DNA of 63,962 bases, filler included, from Lenisia limosa (Eukaryota > Protista > Breviatea), in NCBI GenBank assembly GCA_001655205.1. It is 9 parts of 9 records of this genome, joined end to end, with 100 filler letters (N's around TTAATTAATTAA, not from the genome) between each part and the next. Parts side by side here need not be neighbours in the genome. Positions count along the whole stretch, not along the records: positions 1 to 19,722 come from LPNZ01008797.1; 8 more parts are not named here. The stretch is one strand, 5' to 3'. Numbering within the stretch: position 1 is the stretch's first letter; every line of letters begins with the position of its first letter. A program made the position numbers and the translations under genes. Positions 1 through 13,635 of this stretch are shown piece by piece. The notes under the pieces are model-generated. The model had not been told where the DNA came from. It did no database searches and was given only the letters and a program-made list of their open reading frames with translations.

Positions 1-31
1 GATTAATGCTCTGGGATATTCACATTTTCAG

Positions 32-3000
32 AACAATCTACAAAGCCTCCGAAGATGCAATGGAATCTCTCCCTTGCCCTGAATCCTTCAAAGTCTACAC
101 CACACCACAAAACCCCACGGTACTACCCACGTTTATGTATCATGCCTTTTCCATTCGAGCTTGATAGACATGCCTCTCATGATGTGTAGATGATTCCACA
201 GGAAAAGTCCCATCTCTTTCCCCAGGTAAGTGACTTTTTAGGAAAACAACAGGTGTTAGTTGAATCTGATTGCTGTTTTTCGCCCCTTCACTTTTACAGC
301 TCATTGGATGTGCCATGCTTTCTCTTCCGGAATGGAGGAGAGCGTTTGTTTGCCTAACAGAGTGGCATTCTCGGTCAGAGTCCCCGATCTTCCTTCTTCG
401 AGTACGTGGGATGAAATTGAAGCGTATACAAACGGGTGATATTTATGCAATCTATGATGTGCTTGATGCAAATCACGCGTTGATTACCCAAACCAAGTAT
501 ATTTCACCAACTTTCCAACAGGGTCCTGCTGGAACCCCCGCTGGTTTACGTCCCTCTATGAGCCTCTACGCACTTTTCGGTTCAAAGAGGCCCTCACTCA
601 GAGAAATGAGATCTGTTCTTCCCTGTGTGTTATTCATTTTTGGTGTTTTCATATTTTGAGAAAGGCTAATACATATTGTAAATGCTAACACCTCCAGGGT
701 CTTGGTCCCGAGAAGCGGAATTGGATGAAACCACTCCTTTCAGTAAGGCCTGCGAAGCTGTGCGACAAGCTGACACACTTCTGTCGGATACGCTCAAGGA
801 AATGACCAAGTCCTTCTTGATGGATGAACAACTTGCGTGCGGGGGNNNNNNNNNNNNNNNNNNNNNNNNNNNNNNNNNNNNNNNNNNNNNNNNNNNNNNN
901 NNNNNNNNNNNNNNNNNNNNNNNNNNNNNNNNNNNNNNNNNNNNNNNNNNNNNNNNNNATCAAAACTCCCCGACAGCTTGAGTTGTTCATATAATCATCA
1001 TAAACCCTATTTCCCTTTGGTTTTCGCAAGAAATTTCAATCTTAATCAAAGGATGAAACGCCAATTTTACATATTGTCGGGTCAAAACCAAATTAAGTGC
1101 CTAAGCCATCTGTTTAAGGCCCAAATACTGTCAAAAACACCAAAAAAAACCGTCATAAAAGACCATATTCAAAGAATAAATGGCAACTATCCGGTAAAGT
1201 TTACCCAAGTAGACAGTGCTATTTTGAGCATTTTTCTCTCACAGTTCACCATTACACAGCCAAAACAAAGGTTAACCCGGAACCAATTACTCCGAGGGGT
1301 ACAAGTTTTTGTTTATTAACTCTAAAAGAGGGTAAGATTCAGAAAAAATCCAGTGAAAAGGCAAAAGGGGGAACCTCGTGAGACCAAATTCACGGATTTT
1401 TGACATTTGTTCAAAATTGAAAAAAAACAAAAAAAAAGTTGAAGCAGATATTCGAAAAACACTAACAATGGCCAAGACAAGGTGTCAACTTCAACTGTCC
1501 GGGAGTTTTCCACATATATTTTTTTTTTCTTGTTTCTGATTGTATTACTATTTAATTTTTCCGTGCTCTTAAATAAGTTGTCTTTTACCTTCTTAACACT
1601 CTAGTCTTCCCAACTCCCCAGCAGGAAGCGACAATCTCTGCCCTCGTAATTTCTTCCTGTGCTGGCTTGACAGCTTGGTCACCTCATCGTTGGGAAGAAC
1701 TTAGTTATTTCAAAGAATATATTACAGTTTTTTTTTATTATTATTTGCTCTGACGATTGTAGAACCGAACAAACTTCACCTTCACATGGAGCAATGAGTA
1801 ATCTCTTTGTTATCATTGCGGAACTAGCTCTTGACCCTGAAATGGGTGGAACAGAAGGTAGGTTCCTGCCTTCAACATATTTAATCTACCTGTGTATTGT
1901 GAATACTGATTATTATCAGATCCTCAAGTTTGGCAAGAATGTTTTCCTAATATCGCTTTCCACCCTGAAAAGGTAAGATAGGGAGATGTGTTAATGATCA
2001 TAGGGATTAAATGTACACGGGTGGCCCCTTCTTGGTGGTGCGGTTTCCAGTATTAGACTCGAAGACCCCTTCCCTACGGTATGTTAATTGATGAAGACTA
2101 TTTTGGCTGCCTTTTCTTTTGCTTTTTCACTTTTTCATCTCATTTCCCATAAAGGCATACATCCCAAAAGCTGACCTCCCCGAGCCTTCAACAGTGATGA
2201 AACCAAACAAGGTCAGTCGAAGTAATTTGGACTGTTCAAAATTAGACAAGTAAATTTTCGTATAGCCTTTTATTCTTTAGACAAGAAGAACGTTGGATTC
2301 TAGCAATCCCCAAACTCAAGTCACTTCCAATGGTAAATGAGGCAAGGTATAATTGTAAACCTTAGTTGCCTGATAATATGCTTCTTATTCATCTAGAAGG
2401 CCCGAAAACCGATTCTGATGATGACTCCATCCCAAGTCTGGAAGACCTCGATGTAAATGTGGGAAATGGTAACTCCACTAAGTTTTGCCTATAATCAAAA
2501 TTGTGGTGATAATAACTAACATATTAGGGAGCTCCGCCTACCATTTCAAATGAAGGTGAGTGGAAGCATTTTTTTGTCCCTTTTTTAAGTTCTACATTTG
2601 ATAATACAACATAAGTACACATACGTCTACATAAGCAGTTAAAATAATGAACACAATTTCATTCCAACAAGACAACACTGAAGCTTCAAATGAAAGTGGG
2701 CAGACTCCTGACGGTACGAATACTCTATTTTTTTATATCTATTTGACAAATCAGAGATCATGCGCCAGGCTGTGAACAGATTAAATACCCTCATGGCATC
2801 TGGGTAGGTATTTTTAATCCCTCTTATTTCTAACGTGTTAAGGGGAACCTCTGGCTCTGATAGATCCGTTTGCGGCTTATGGATCAGTTTGAATTGAGGG
2901 ATTTTAATTTCCATTTGTCTAAGAATTGAATCCAATAATGGTCTAGATTGAAGAGCAAATTGCCAGTATTATGAACAACGCACTTAGTGGGACAACTGAG

Positions 3001-6000
3001 AAGAAGAAACGAGCAAAGAGCGTGGTAGCCGACCCTGAAAATACCAAGGTATGTTCTTGATGAAGAGGTGTCTTTTGTTCTGTATAATATATTGTTTCAT
3101 TACCCCCAAGATTGTCAATGATCCATTGGAGTCTTTCCATATCGACCATGTGCAGCTCCCTAATAAGCTCGGTGATCACGCCATTTTCTGCCATGGTATG
3201 GGGGCTAAAGTGCTCTTAAAAAATTTGGATCGTTTTGGTTGTTTATTTTGCCCCAAAGACAAGCTGAGGCTTCATTAAATATTTGGCTTAATGTTCATGT
3301 TGCTCTATCAGCTTTACTGCTGTAACGTTCTGAAAACTCTCATATCATTCTAGGAAAAGAGCACTTACCCCTGTCGGTTATTCTTCTCAACTCTGCCATT
3401 CTTCTGGAGAACAACACCAAAATGTCCTTCAGCACTTTGCAAAATGAACAGAGTCAAGCTTCGGTGGGGGGGGGGGGGNNNNNNNNNNNNNNNNNNNNNN
3501 NNNNNNNNNNNNNNNNNNNNNNNNNNNNNNNNNNNNNNNNNNNNNNNNNNNNNNNNNNNNNNNNNNNNNNAAACGTTCATCAATTATGCTATTTTCATTT
3601 CTCAGGCGCGATTCAACCAACTCGTGATACAATCTAAAGAAAGTTCTGCAATATTATGTGCATCAACTCACCACTCCCCCTTGTGCGTTGGAGAAGTATA
3701 ATGATCAAACGTGTAGTATCCTTCTTTTTTTCGGAATCTAATTTGGTCAGGCTTCAAAGCGATAGAGAGCAGATAATCGCCTCTTTGAAAATGTTCCAAT
3801 CTGTCTGTGGTGTTACGGTTTTCTTCTTTCAAAGCGCTGTTTCAATTACTTATTCATCTAGGACATCAATGACATTAGTCGCACTTTGATTTTTATCAAC
3901 TCCCGTGTTTTCACTGTGCGGCACATTGATCTCATCAACTCTGTACGTTTCTTTTTTTTTGGGTAACTGAATTTTTGGTGGAAAATGTGATTATTTTTTT
4001 TCGGGTGTGTTGATTTTAAAGCACTCTTTGTTTACTCCTCCTCCCCCCCCCCCCNNNNNNNNNNNNNNNNNNNNNNNNNNNNNNNNNNNNNNNNNNNNNN
4101 NNNNNNNNNNNNNNNNNNNNNNNNNNNNNNNNNNNNNNNNTCAATAAGCCTACTGCCGGATTCAACACTAAGAGTCTTCCAACTCCTCCCGCAGTCGCAA
4201 GAAAAGAAGGTATAAAATTTTTAATCAAAAAGCTTCATTTGAACTCGAAAAAATATTGACTGCATATTGTCTCGATAAGTATCGGTGTAATTACACCTGT
4301 ATTTTTTGGACTATCGTGATTCCTAATTAAGTCATTACCATGCAGTGCGATGCGATGTTCTTCGCTATGTTCCTGCTGTCTACCTCCAGTGTCTTGGTGG
4401 CCTCAGTTCCTACATAACTGGCTTGCGAAACTGTGGGTAACTAACCACTATCGAAACTTTTCTGTCACAGAAAATGACAGTTTCCAGCTCCCGGTCCTGG
4501 AGTTTCGAGCTTGGAGCTATTTGCTTACCATATCAATGACTACAGAATTGTTCTCCCTCAAATCAAGGTACAGCCTAAAACCTTAAAATCCTCCCTCAGG
4601 GAATGGCATTCTTTTTTTCTTTTCTGTGATAAAATCTGACATGATATAGCCCATTTGCCTGCACCGCTGTCTCGAAAACCTTACCAATATTGAAAACCTC
4701 AAACGACTTGAGTCGAGTCCCCTTGTATGTCCTTTGGAAAATGTTATATTATGACCGGATATGAGATTGTTTACATCAGTGGATCTGACCGCCAGGCACT
4801 TGATTGTATTGCACGTCGCTTCCTTGACACCTACACTTCTAATAGTGGCGAATGGGCTGTGGTATCCCCTGCTATTGTAGCTGCCTGGCATACCAAGGTT
4901 GGAGGGTATTTTGTGAGGAATTTTGGAGGGTGATCTTAGTGTGGTCATCCAATATACATATCTAGCTATATCTATGATGATATATATGTATATATTATAT
5001 ATGATATGTATTAGTATATATTATCTACATGTATATATATCATATATATATATATATACTATATAGTATATCATATAGTATTTACATATATCATATATAT
5101 TGGATGACCACCTTAGATCTTGTTATTATTTTCTCAACTGCAACCATTTTCTGCTGCTGAATCTTAATTATTTCAACAGAAGCTCTTTGAGGACTGCAGT
5201 ACCGAGTTTACTTCGGAGCCCTTAGCCCAGGTGAGAGGCTTGCTCTTGTAGTGGAGGGGGTGAAGTATTGGGAAAGACATGTTAGTCATATTATAATGCT
5301 TGTTATTGAGGTGTCCGATGCTTCTTTTGGATGATTGGCCTGGGATCTATTTGTGAAATGTTTCTTGAACTTCGACCTGTTTCTTTTGTATTTTTTTTTC
5401 CTCACACCACAGAAATACATCAGCGTTTTGCTCCCGGATGCTCTCCACCCGAAAGTACAGGAGTTAGAACCACATTCCGTAAGATAACGAACTTCTTTTC
5501 AAGCGTGTTATATTTCCCTCTCGTTGACCAACTGTAGGAATCACAGGGTGAACACGATGTACCTAAGACTGCACCAGTTTCACTCATTAATGAGATCTTC
5601 AACAAATTTAGCAGGTATTTTTTATTCTGTTGTGGTGGTGGTCATTATGTTTATTATTATTATTTTCTTTTTTTTCGGTTCACTTTCCCAGTACGTACAG
5701 TGAATATGAGGCGACAACACGAACCTTGATTGATAACCTTGAAAAAGAAAACGACAACAGTATGTTGGTTCACTTCTATTGGTTATTCCATTTTTTTAAA
5801 TAGCATTTCCTTCAACAATATTTATTCCTTACCCCTTAGGTGACCAGGATCGTGCAACTACTTTAAGGCGATTTAGTGTGTTCTCTTTGGCTGTTCGCTC
5901 TTTGATGGAAATCTGCGAATGTGTCGCAATTTCAGATTCCAGAGTGTTCCTAAACGGTTTGCAAGTTACCTCATGAATTTTTTGTTCTTTTTATAACATG

Positions 6001-7188
6001 AGTTGTACCGTTCTCTGGGTAATGATAACCTTTATTTTCCACCAGAAAGCCAAGAAGTGGCCTTACATAGACTCTGCGAAATGACCACAGCGATTATGAG
6101 ATCTGTAGTCAAGCCGAAACCTGACTTAGGTAAGGTCTTGCTAAGCTGCGTGATATTTGTGTCAGGATGCATTTGCTTCACTATTGCAGCTTATCCCATC
6201 ACTCATGCCTCTTAGATGCAACCATAGTGTTCAGAGACCTGAAGCAACTACCCGTTCATTTGATGCATTTTGGAGCTGCGATTTCAACCATATTGATCCT
6301 CTGTGGTAAGATCAACATACTATTTCATATCTTATATGTCACGCATATATCATATTGTTTTTTTTTACCAATTATATAAATTGATGTTTATTTACTCTTC
6401 CCCAGAAAACAGTCAGTATGAGAAGATTGCTACAGCCTTACTCAGAGCGGATCCGACATTTATGGAATGCGTGGGTTGGGGTCAACTTCGTCCATTTGGT
6501 TTCCCTTTGAAATGTAGGATGGGTTGGATATGTGTTGACACTTTAGGTCCCAGCCCTTGTTACTGCGGATTACCCTGCAATGTACCGACAAATCAACCCA
6601 GGTATGTGGTTTCCTCTCAAAACAAAATTGTTACTGTTTTAGAAGCGACCGTCCCAAAGAGTATCTACGAGATTGAACCTAAAGTAGGCTGTCCCAACAC
6701 TAAAACCTGCTCCCTCTGACCAGAATTGATACCACTGTGGCTAAGCCTGTATGATTATATTTAGATGAGTAAACTGTGTACTGCTCTTCTCAACAAAGAA
6801 GTCGAAATCAAGGAACATGAGGTCAGGACAAAGAATGAGTTTCTCATGGAATGAAAACGGAGCTCCCACCTTAATATTGTAGGATGACGAAGTAGAAGGG
6901 CCCGTTTGCTCTATTTGCTGCGTTGATGGGGTAGGGGGGGTTTCTTTCTGTGATTTGATTCGTGGAGTATTTTACTCTTCAGATCGACCGAGTGTTTACC
7001 CCGTGTCGACATTTCTCCTGTCGTCGCTGTATTGACAGACATCTTCTCAATAGCACTGAATGCTTCTTCTGCAAAGCACATATTGATAAGGTGTGTTGGT
7101 GATCCTTTCCCCCTATAGATTCGGTTCTTCTTATTCCCAATAGGTGTGCGTGGCAACAGAGGAGGACCTCAAGTCCTTGGATATCTAA
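32..7188 (+). CDS. RNF123: RNF123/KPC1-like E3 ubiquitin ligase, multi-exon (>30 exons), 5' end lies outside the window
   Basis: Spliced C-terminus reads EGPVCSICCVDG|IDRVFTPCRHFSCRRCIDRHLLNSTECFFCKAHIDK|VCVATEEDLKSLDI* (exons 6883-6930, 6983-7090, 7144-7188). This is a RING finger matching the recalled RNF123 pattern CPIC...[28 protein letters not shown]. Upstream exons (SLINEIFNKFSSTYSEY; FSLAVRSLMEICEC...EVALHRLCEM; KIATALLRADPTF; LRYVPAVYLQ) follow the RNF123 helical region in order. Assigning exons before ~4300 to the same gene is less certain. Confidence 0.85.
960..1509. mobile_element. Non-autonomous TIR element (family H), intronic; left end runs into a gap
   Basis: Left end tcaaaactccccgacagcttga and right end ttcaactgtccgggagtttt are inverted. 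The interior is homologous, in opposite orientation, to 30824-31680 (e.g. gtgaaaaggcaaaag...gagaccaaattcac.gatttttgaca). Confidence 0.8.
4941..5111. mobile_element. MITE-like hairpin (family G) with TA-rich interior, in an RNF123 intron
   Basis: Perfect 16-bp inverted repeats gtggtcatccaatata / tatattggatgaccac, with ttag close to both flanks. Only one copy in the window. Confidence 0.6.
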
Positions 7189-7379
7189 GGTTTGTTGCAT
7201 CCACTTGTACTTATTATTTACCAAATCAACTCTTTTTGTATAAATGTACATTATTGTCTTTGTTCATTGTGTGAAATTTCTGGTGTATTGGCGTATCTAA
7301 CATTGACCTGCGAGGATTACAAAGAGCCATGCTTCGGAAGAAATTAAATCTAAAATTAGAACTATTACACAAATCTTTT

Positions 7380-10232
7380 AAACCGAAGGTCGCCTGAAGA
7401 GGGAAGGCTTGCGACCTGAGTTATTAGTGCATGTAGGAGCAATAGTATGAAGTGGGGGGGGGGGGNNNNNNNNNNNNNNNNNNNNNNNNNNNNNNNNNNN
7501 NNNNNNNNNNNNNNNNNNNNNNNNNNNNNNNNNNNNNNNNNNNNNNNNNNNNNNNTGGCGGGGTGAGGCCGCGACTTGCCGAGGCATTAGAGTTATCGGG
7601 AGTGGTCATGGTAACTGTTGTCAGAAAAGAAATCACATTAAAACATAGAGTACCGCAACAAACTTTTCGGTTTAAAGAGAGAGTTCCTTCGGCGTCTTTC
7701 GAGGGGTGGGGTAAAGGACTCAGAAACTGGGGCTTCAAGGGTGAACAGAAAAAAAATACAGAAAGAAGTCAAAGGGAGAGGGGTGGAGTATGAATTGACA
7801 CAATAAAAAAAAATATATAAATATGTGAAACTAGCTGAAAATACCTTTTGGGCTAGGGTTGGGAGGTGGGGAGAAAGGACGGAGGGTGGTGGCGGCTTGG
7901 CGCCTCTGTCGGGGCCTCTGCCGTGTCTACAGGAGAATGAGCAAAGCAGCCTGGATGTGGAAAAGAAGCGGAATTTTATTTCACGGAAAGAATTAAAACA
8001 TGTAGCCAAACCTCTTACAACTGAACCCTGTCCATACCCCCTCCCACCACTGCAGTGACGTTCTGGACCCTTCGTTGCCTTTTGGCCTGGGGAGCTTGGG
8101 GTGTGGGATGGGGATCGTGTGCAGAGAGGCTAACACTTGGCATGGTTGCGGAGCCCTGAACAGTGCGCTTGAACCGCCGAGGGTTACGAACCTCCTGGAA
8201 GATCAATACTTTCCTCCATTTCATAACTTACAGTTTGGTGAAGACTGACCATCGGCTTTTTGGAGAGGCGATTGGCTGGCTCCTGAAAAGTGAAAACCGC
8301 AATGGCCATACGATACCGGTCAAAACCAGCCCCTCCCATACCTGCACAACTGGGGGTGGGGTGACGGAAGGGCCTAATCGAGCACTTGTGGTCACTTTCA
8401 ATGGCACTGCGACAGCGGGTTTGAGGCTGAAAGACATGAGCAAATGGACATGATGATTCTCCAAGGTAAAGTTGAGGCTCACTTTGCTTGTTCGCTCGGT
8501 TGTTGTGGCTCAATACGGCTATTCTCTCGGCGACTAGGCCTGAGGGAGAGGTTGAGCAACAGACAGGTGTAAGATAAGGTCATATTGAACTGTTATGCAA
8601 AACTAGTTGTTTGATACTCTTGGAACGTACCTGTTGTCACTGCGGAGAAGGTTCTTTCTTAGCTGCTTGAGAGTATCATCGCTTGCAACAGGGGAGGTAT
8701 TTTCAACAGGTTTTACGGGCGGTGCTAAACAATAAAATGGGAGCTAATTATAAACAATATTATTATGCTGTTGTTTATTTGTTTTGTAAAAAGGACTCTT
8801 TTGAAATGAAGATCTTAAAAATTGACTCGTTCCACTGGAGGGTCCAATTGGATAAAGTTCTCGCAGTCCCTATTCTGTATAGTATGGTTTATACTCACAG
8901 GTTTCTTCCAATCTTGCGGGGGACCGCTTTTTCGGAGGTATCATTCGGGCGTGGGTTTTAGCAAGAACCCTTCCAGCGTGGCAATGCGAAGGTGAAATAC
9001 TGCGGCGCACCTACAGCATGAAATCGTAATAAGGGTCAAAATACACAAATAGGATCCTATTTCAATAATGATACATACATACTATATTATTACTATTGAC
9101 CACCTTCCATAGATGCCCCCCCCCCCCNNNNNNNNNNNNNNNNNNNNNNNNNNNNNNNNNNNNNNNNNNNNNNNNNNNNNNNNNNNNNNNNNNNNNNNNN
9201 NNNNNNNNNNNNNNNNNNNNNNNNNNNNNNNNNNNNNNNNNNNNNAAGACCCAGATATAGCTCCTCCATCTATATCATCCTAGGATTAAGGTCCACTAGT
9301 TGACCGTGTTAAGCACGGGAGGGGATGGAGGCTTACGCGGCTGGAGCAACATCAGGGTCAACATTGGGGCTCTGAATGGGCGGACTTATAGCCTCAGGCA
9401 AAGACCTTCAAGGTGAATATGGTGACCTTAATTGTACACAAATACAAGTAGCAATTCCAAGCAACAGTACAATTTCAAACGCCCTAAGAAATGCAACCCA
9501 TCCTCCCCAAACAGTTGCGGTCTTTCCCTTGGTGGAGGCGTAGGGGTGGGTCTGAAAGGCGAGTTGTAGCCTGTAGACGGCTCAGTTGCACGCGGATCCA
9601 ATGATGGTGACTCACTTCGGACGACTGACGGTGTTGCTGACTACATACATAAGAAATACTGCATGTTGCAGTAATGCAAATATAGTTAAATGAATGTACA
9701 ATGAATCGAATTGTAGCACACACTGCAAACCCATCATAACACTCACCTTCGGTCTGAGTACTTCAACAAAGGGGTCCTTTGAGACACATCTGCTGGGGCT
9801 GCCGGACCGATTTTCGTCATCCGAGCCAAAAAGACTACGTGAACGACCTACAGAGTAAACAGAATGAAGTTGAGGAGGGAGTAAACTGGGCGGAGATAAG
9901 GGTATGAAAGCGGAGGGCTGCAAACTTTTCTGTTTTGGTGTGACAACAACCTCCAGTTCAGGTAAGAGTTGAATGGGGGGTGGATCGGATAGCCTTGAGC
10001 TTGATTTGACAGGAATCTAATTGTGTAAGGGGTAGTAACAATAACAAGGTCACTGTTAACCCGGGCTAAATAGGAAATAAAGGGCAAGGTTGATCCGTAA
10101 TCATTTACGTGACACCATCGAGTCTACCTTGGGGGTTAAGGTAGTGGGGGAAGGCACGGCAGGTGGGATTGTGAGGAGTGGAACAGGAGACGGCACAGTA
10201 ACTACCGGCTCTGGGGATGCTCTACATTCCAT
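7380..10232 (-). CDS. Uncharacterised Pro/Ser/Arg-rich, probably disordered protein, multi-exon
   Basis: ATG at 10232 (MECRASPEPVVTVPSPVPLL...). Successive GT-AG exons are phase-compatible where checked (SDDTLKQLRKNLLRSDNR|PSRRENSRIEPQQ...|LKPAVAVPLKVTTS...|EPANRLSKKPMVSLHQT|EVRNPRRFKRTVQG...). No recognisable domain; 3' end uncertain. Confidence 0.6.
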
Positions 10233-10574
10233 GAAAACGAGTTGCTGAAAATGGACTGTTCATACTGTGGCTTTATTGGAGCTTAACTCAAAAATTAATT
10301 TCCCATGCTATACATGTGTTTTCTTTTCAGAAATCAGGGAAGTCTTAGTTGTACCCCTCCAACCTTCGCCTAAATACCACTTCTTTTTGGAGAACTTCTA
10401 TTTCAGGATGGGATAGTTTTTGAATGATATCCGAGTACTAAAGAGCAGTGAAAAAAGCTAATTACAATGATCAAATGTGGAATATGCCCAGTGGCAATTC
10501 GAACATATAATATCATATCATGTTACTTGATTGTGGATTCCCCTCTGAGGGTACTTTTGCTTGACCGCGCCACC

Positions 10575-13404
10575 TACCAGAATTGGATCCGGGCTAAAAA
10601 GTCAGAGTTAACAAGAAAAGGAAGAACAGATGTTAAACTTCAAGACCAACACCATTCAAAATACAAGTATTGAACGTGAGCAAATCACAGAAAGAGTTAC
10701 ACAGAAAGAAAATCCCACATTTCGTTGACAGTGTATCGTCGAATGACACCAATAGAAAAGTCCAGTTGTCGAGCGAGCGAATGGCAAAGATCAATAAGCA
10801 GCTGGGGTGTGGCCCTGATACCATCAGAAAAGGACAAAAGTCAACACATCTCAGGACGATCATCAAAATCAAACATGAACAAAACTCGGATTGAGAAATG
10901 ATCGACAATGGTGAGAGGGGGGGGGGGTGCCGGTTTGGTTGTAGTCCGCAAATTCAAAAAGATGATCTTCATACTTCTCGTAAAACTCGCTTGGCGGGAA
11001 CTTCTTATCAAACCCGTGCTTATCCAAGCCAGATAAGCCATGCTGGAATCGCTGGTGATATGACTGCTTCTTACGGCCTGTCAGCGATTTCGAAGATATA
11101 GTATCTGTTTGGGTGAGATGATCAGTAGCCAAAGAGATTTTCAAGCATACTTCTTTTCAGTCTTGGAACAAGCCCTTCGGTTGAGGGGTGCAGGGAGCTG
11201 TGTATTACGAGCGGCGAAATTGCCCGTCCTTCTTCAAGCTTCTTTTTTGAGACCGCTGGTGGATGAGTAGAGGTAAAAATAAATATCTATGACACTCAAA
11301 CTAAAACTAAAAACTAAAAAAAATCCATCATATATACATGTATGCTCATTATATAATAACATCACAGAAAATGCAAACCATAACCCGCGGCGGGAGACTA
11401 ACCAGTCCTTAGGTTTAGGTGATATTCACAACTCACCACTATCAACTGCCGGTACTTGACCTTCTAATCTGTCTTCCACTTCTTCGGGTTTACCTTCAGC
11501 TTCTTCGGGTTTACATTCAACTCCTTCAGATTTGTCTTTAGTTTCAACTTCGAATTTGTCTTCAGATTTCCGCTCTTGTCTGTCTTCAGATTTACCTTCT
11601 AGGGTGTCTTCAGTTTTGCCTTTTGTTTGTGATTGTTTCGACTTGTGTTCTTCTTCATCTTCGTCATTCTTCTTTTCAATCAAGCTGTCTCCGTACTCAT
11701 CATCACTGCAAGGTGAGTACAAGAAATAGACCTTTATCTGAACGTGTCACAAAACCAAAAGACGTACCTCAATATCTCGTAATCCACTTCATCATCCTCA
11801 TGGACACGACTCTCAGTATGAGGCTGCTGGACCTTCAGGTCGTCGGCGTGTTCATCCCCTTCCAGGTGCATACGGAGGCTCTCGACCGAAGCTTCCCTGC
11901 TCTGAATTCGTTAATAAAATCCATGAAAATCATAAATACTCCTATCGACCCTTTGCCCCCCCCCCCCCCNNNNNNNNNNNNNNNNNNNNNNNNNNNNNNN
12001 NNNNNNNNNNNNNNNNNNNNNNNNNNNNNNNNNNNNNNNNNNNNNNNNNNNNNNNNNNNNNNNNNNNNNNNNNNNNNNNNNNNNNNNNNNNNNNNNNTAA
12101 CTGCTCTTGACTGAGACACTTCATATGTTGGGTCGTTGGTGTCCAGTGCTAGCTCAGTAGGGTGAGGCTTATTTCCTTCTGATTCAATAATAAACTCTCT
12201 TTCTGCGGGGGGAGGGGGGTAAGCTCAACTTTTAGCCAAGGAAAAAAAATATGAAAAACTACTGATCAAGTGGTCAAACCACAAGAAAACCGTACTAGGA
12301 TTGTAGCGCTCAGATGAGGTAGCGGGGTAGAATCTGCACTCAAAAAACTGGAGATTTAAAGAGAGNNNNNNNNNNNNNNNNNNNNNNNNNNNNNNNNNNN
12401 NNNNNNNNNNNNNNNNNNNNNNNNNNNNNNNNNNNNNNNNNNNNNNNNNNNNNNNNNNNNNNNNNNNNNNNNNNNNNNNNNNNNNNNNNNNNNNNNNNNN
12501 NNNNNNNNNNNNNNNNNNNNNNNNNNNNNNNNNNNNNNNNNNNNNNNNNNNNNNNNNNNNNNNNNNNNNNNNNNCAACCCAACCTTTACTACACGAAGAA
12601 CGTAGTCAATTAGTTCCTGGGGCCTCTCGTAGTATACCATCGTGTCAAAAAGGTTCTCACCATATTTATTAGTGATGAATGGGTCACCCTAAAGGGTGAT
12701 GACATAATGTAAAGCTAAGAGAAGTAAATATACCACACCCGCCCCCATACACCAGCCTCAAGGAGAAGGCGAATTAATCTTGATCCTCCACCAGCAGCAT
12801 AGTGAAGCGCGGTGCACTGAGATTGGTCTTGATAGTTGACTTTCGCGCCACAGTGGACAAGAAACTGCGCAATCTTATCGAGATTTGCTTGAGCGGCCTG
12901 AATGCGTTAAACTGGGAATTTGCATAATTATTACGATGGTGTAGTTTTTTTCAAGAACAAACGTCAAACAAAAAAAAAAATACAAGCAGAAATGCTAAAT
13001 ATTATAAATCACATGAAGAAATACGCAACATGAAAAGAAGATGACAATTATCTTATAAACCCATTGGGTTATTAAACCAAACTCACTAAGATAAGAGGCG
13101 AATATCCATTGTTGATGCAAATGTGAATATTGGCACCTTGAATGACAAGTTCATGGACAAGATCAAAGGACTCCAATCGGATTGCGAAGGCCAACATAGT
13201 TCGTCCAGTTATGTATGCATTCGGGGAGGCTCCTTCATTAACTAAACGACGGATTTTCGGGAGGTCTTTATTGATGACTGCTCCGTGAAGTGCCCTGTTC
13301 AGCTGAGCTTGAAGTTTGTTTGGCTTCGGTCTCTTCACATTACTGGGAGTATCCCCAGCGCCAGGCGATAGCCTTGGACGTTTCTGTTCTTTATTTACAT
13401 TCAT
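10575..13404 (-). CDS. Ankyrin-repeat protein with acidic/Lys-rich middle region, multi-exon
   Basis: Exon 1 (13404-13087): ALHGAVINKDLPKIRRLVNEGASPNA...GRTMLAFAIRLESFDLVHELVIQGANIHI...NGYSPLIL. Exon 2 (12897-12751): AAQANLDKIAQFLVHCGAKVNYQDQSQCTALHYAAGGGSRLIRLLLEAG. These are canonical ankyrin repeats. An acidic exon lies at 11706-11436. 3' end uncertain. Confidence 0.8.
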
Positions 13405-13635
13405 CAGGCGAGTTGGAAGAGGAAAGAGGTGGTCAGCAGTGTGTTTCGCTTCACATTTCTTGACAACACAGAGATCAGCCTTCCTTCTTTCAAATTTACA
13501 ATCAGCAACGATTAGTTGTTATCAATATGCTTTTCTTCCTCTGAACTTCAAACACCAGATCGACATCCGGCGCCGTCGCAGGGGTAAATATTATTTTATT
13601 TGTGTTTTTTGTCATTGAAGAAGATTTAATCAAAA
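13405..13635. promoter_or_regulatory. Short divergent intergenic region (probable bidirectional promoter)
   Basis: 231 bp between the ankyrin-gene ATG (13404, minus) and the exportin-2 ATG (13636, plus). Promoter function is inferred from position only. Confidence 0.5.

Noticed and set aside
10440-11101. Plus-strand ORFs (10467-10673, 10670-10894, 10898-11101) or a nucleotidyltransferase-like ILVGGAVK motif
   Set aside because: Splice signals and phase-compatible exons favour the minus-strand ankyrin gene; the GGAVK reading is out of phase with the preferred upstream exon and has no following DxD.
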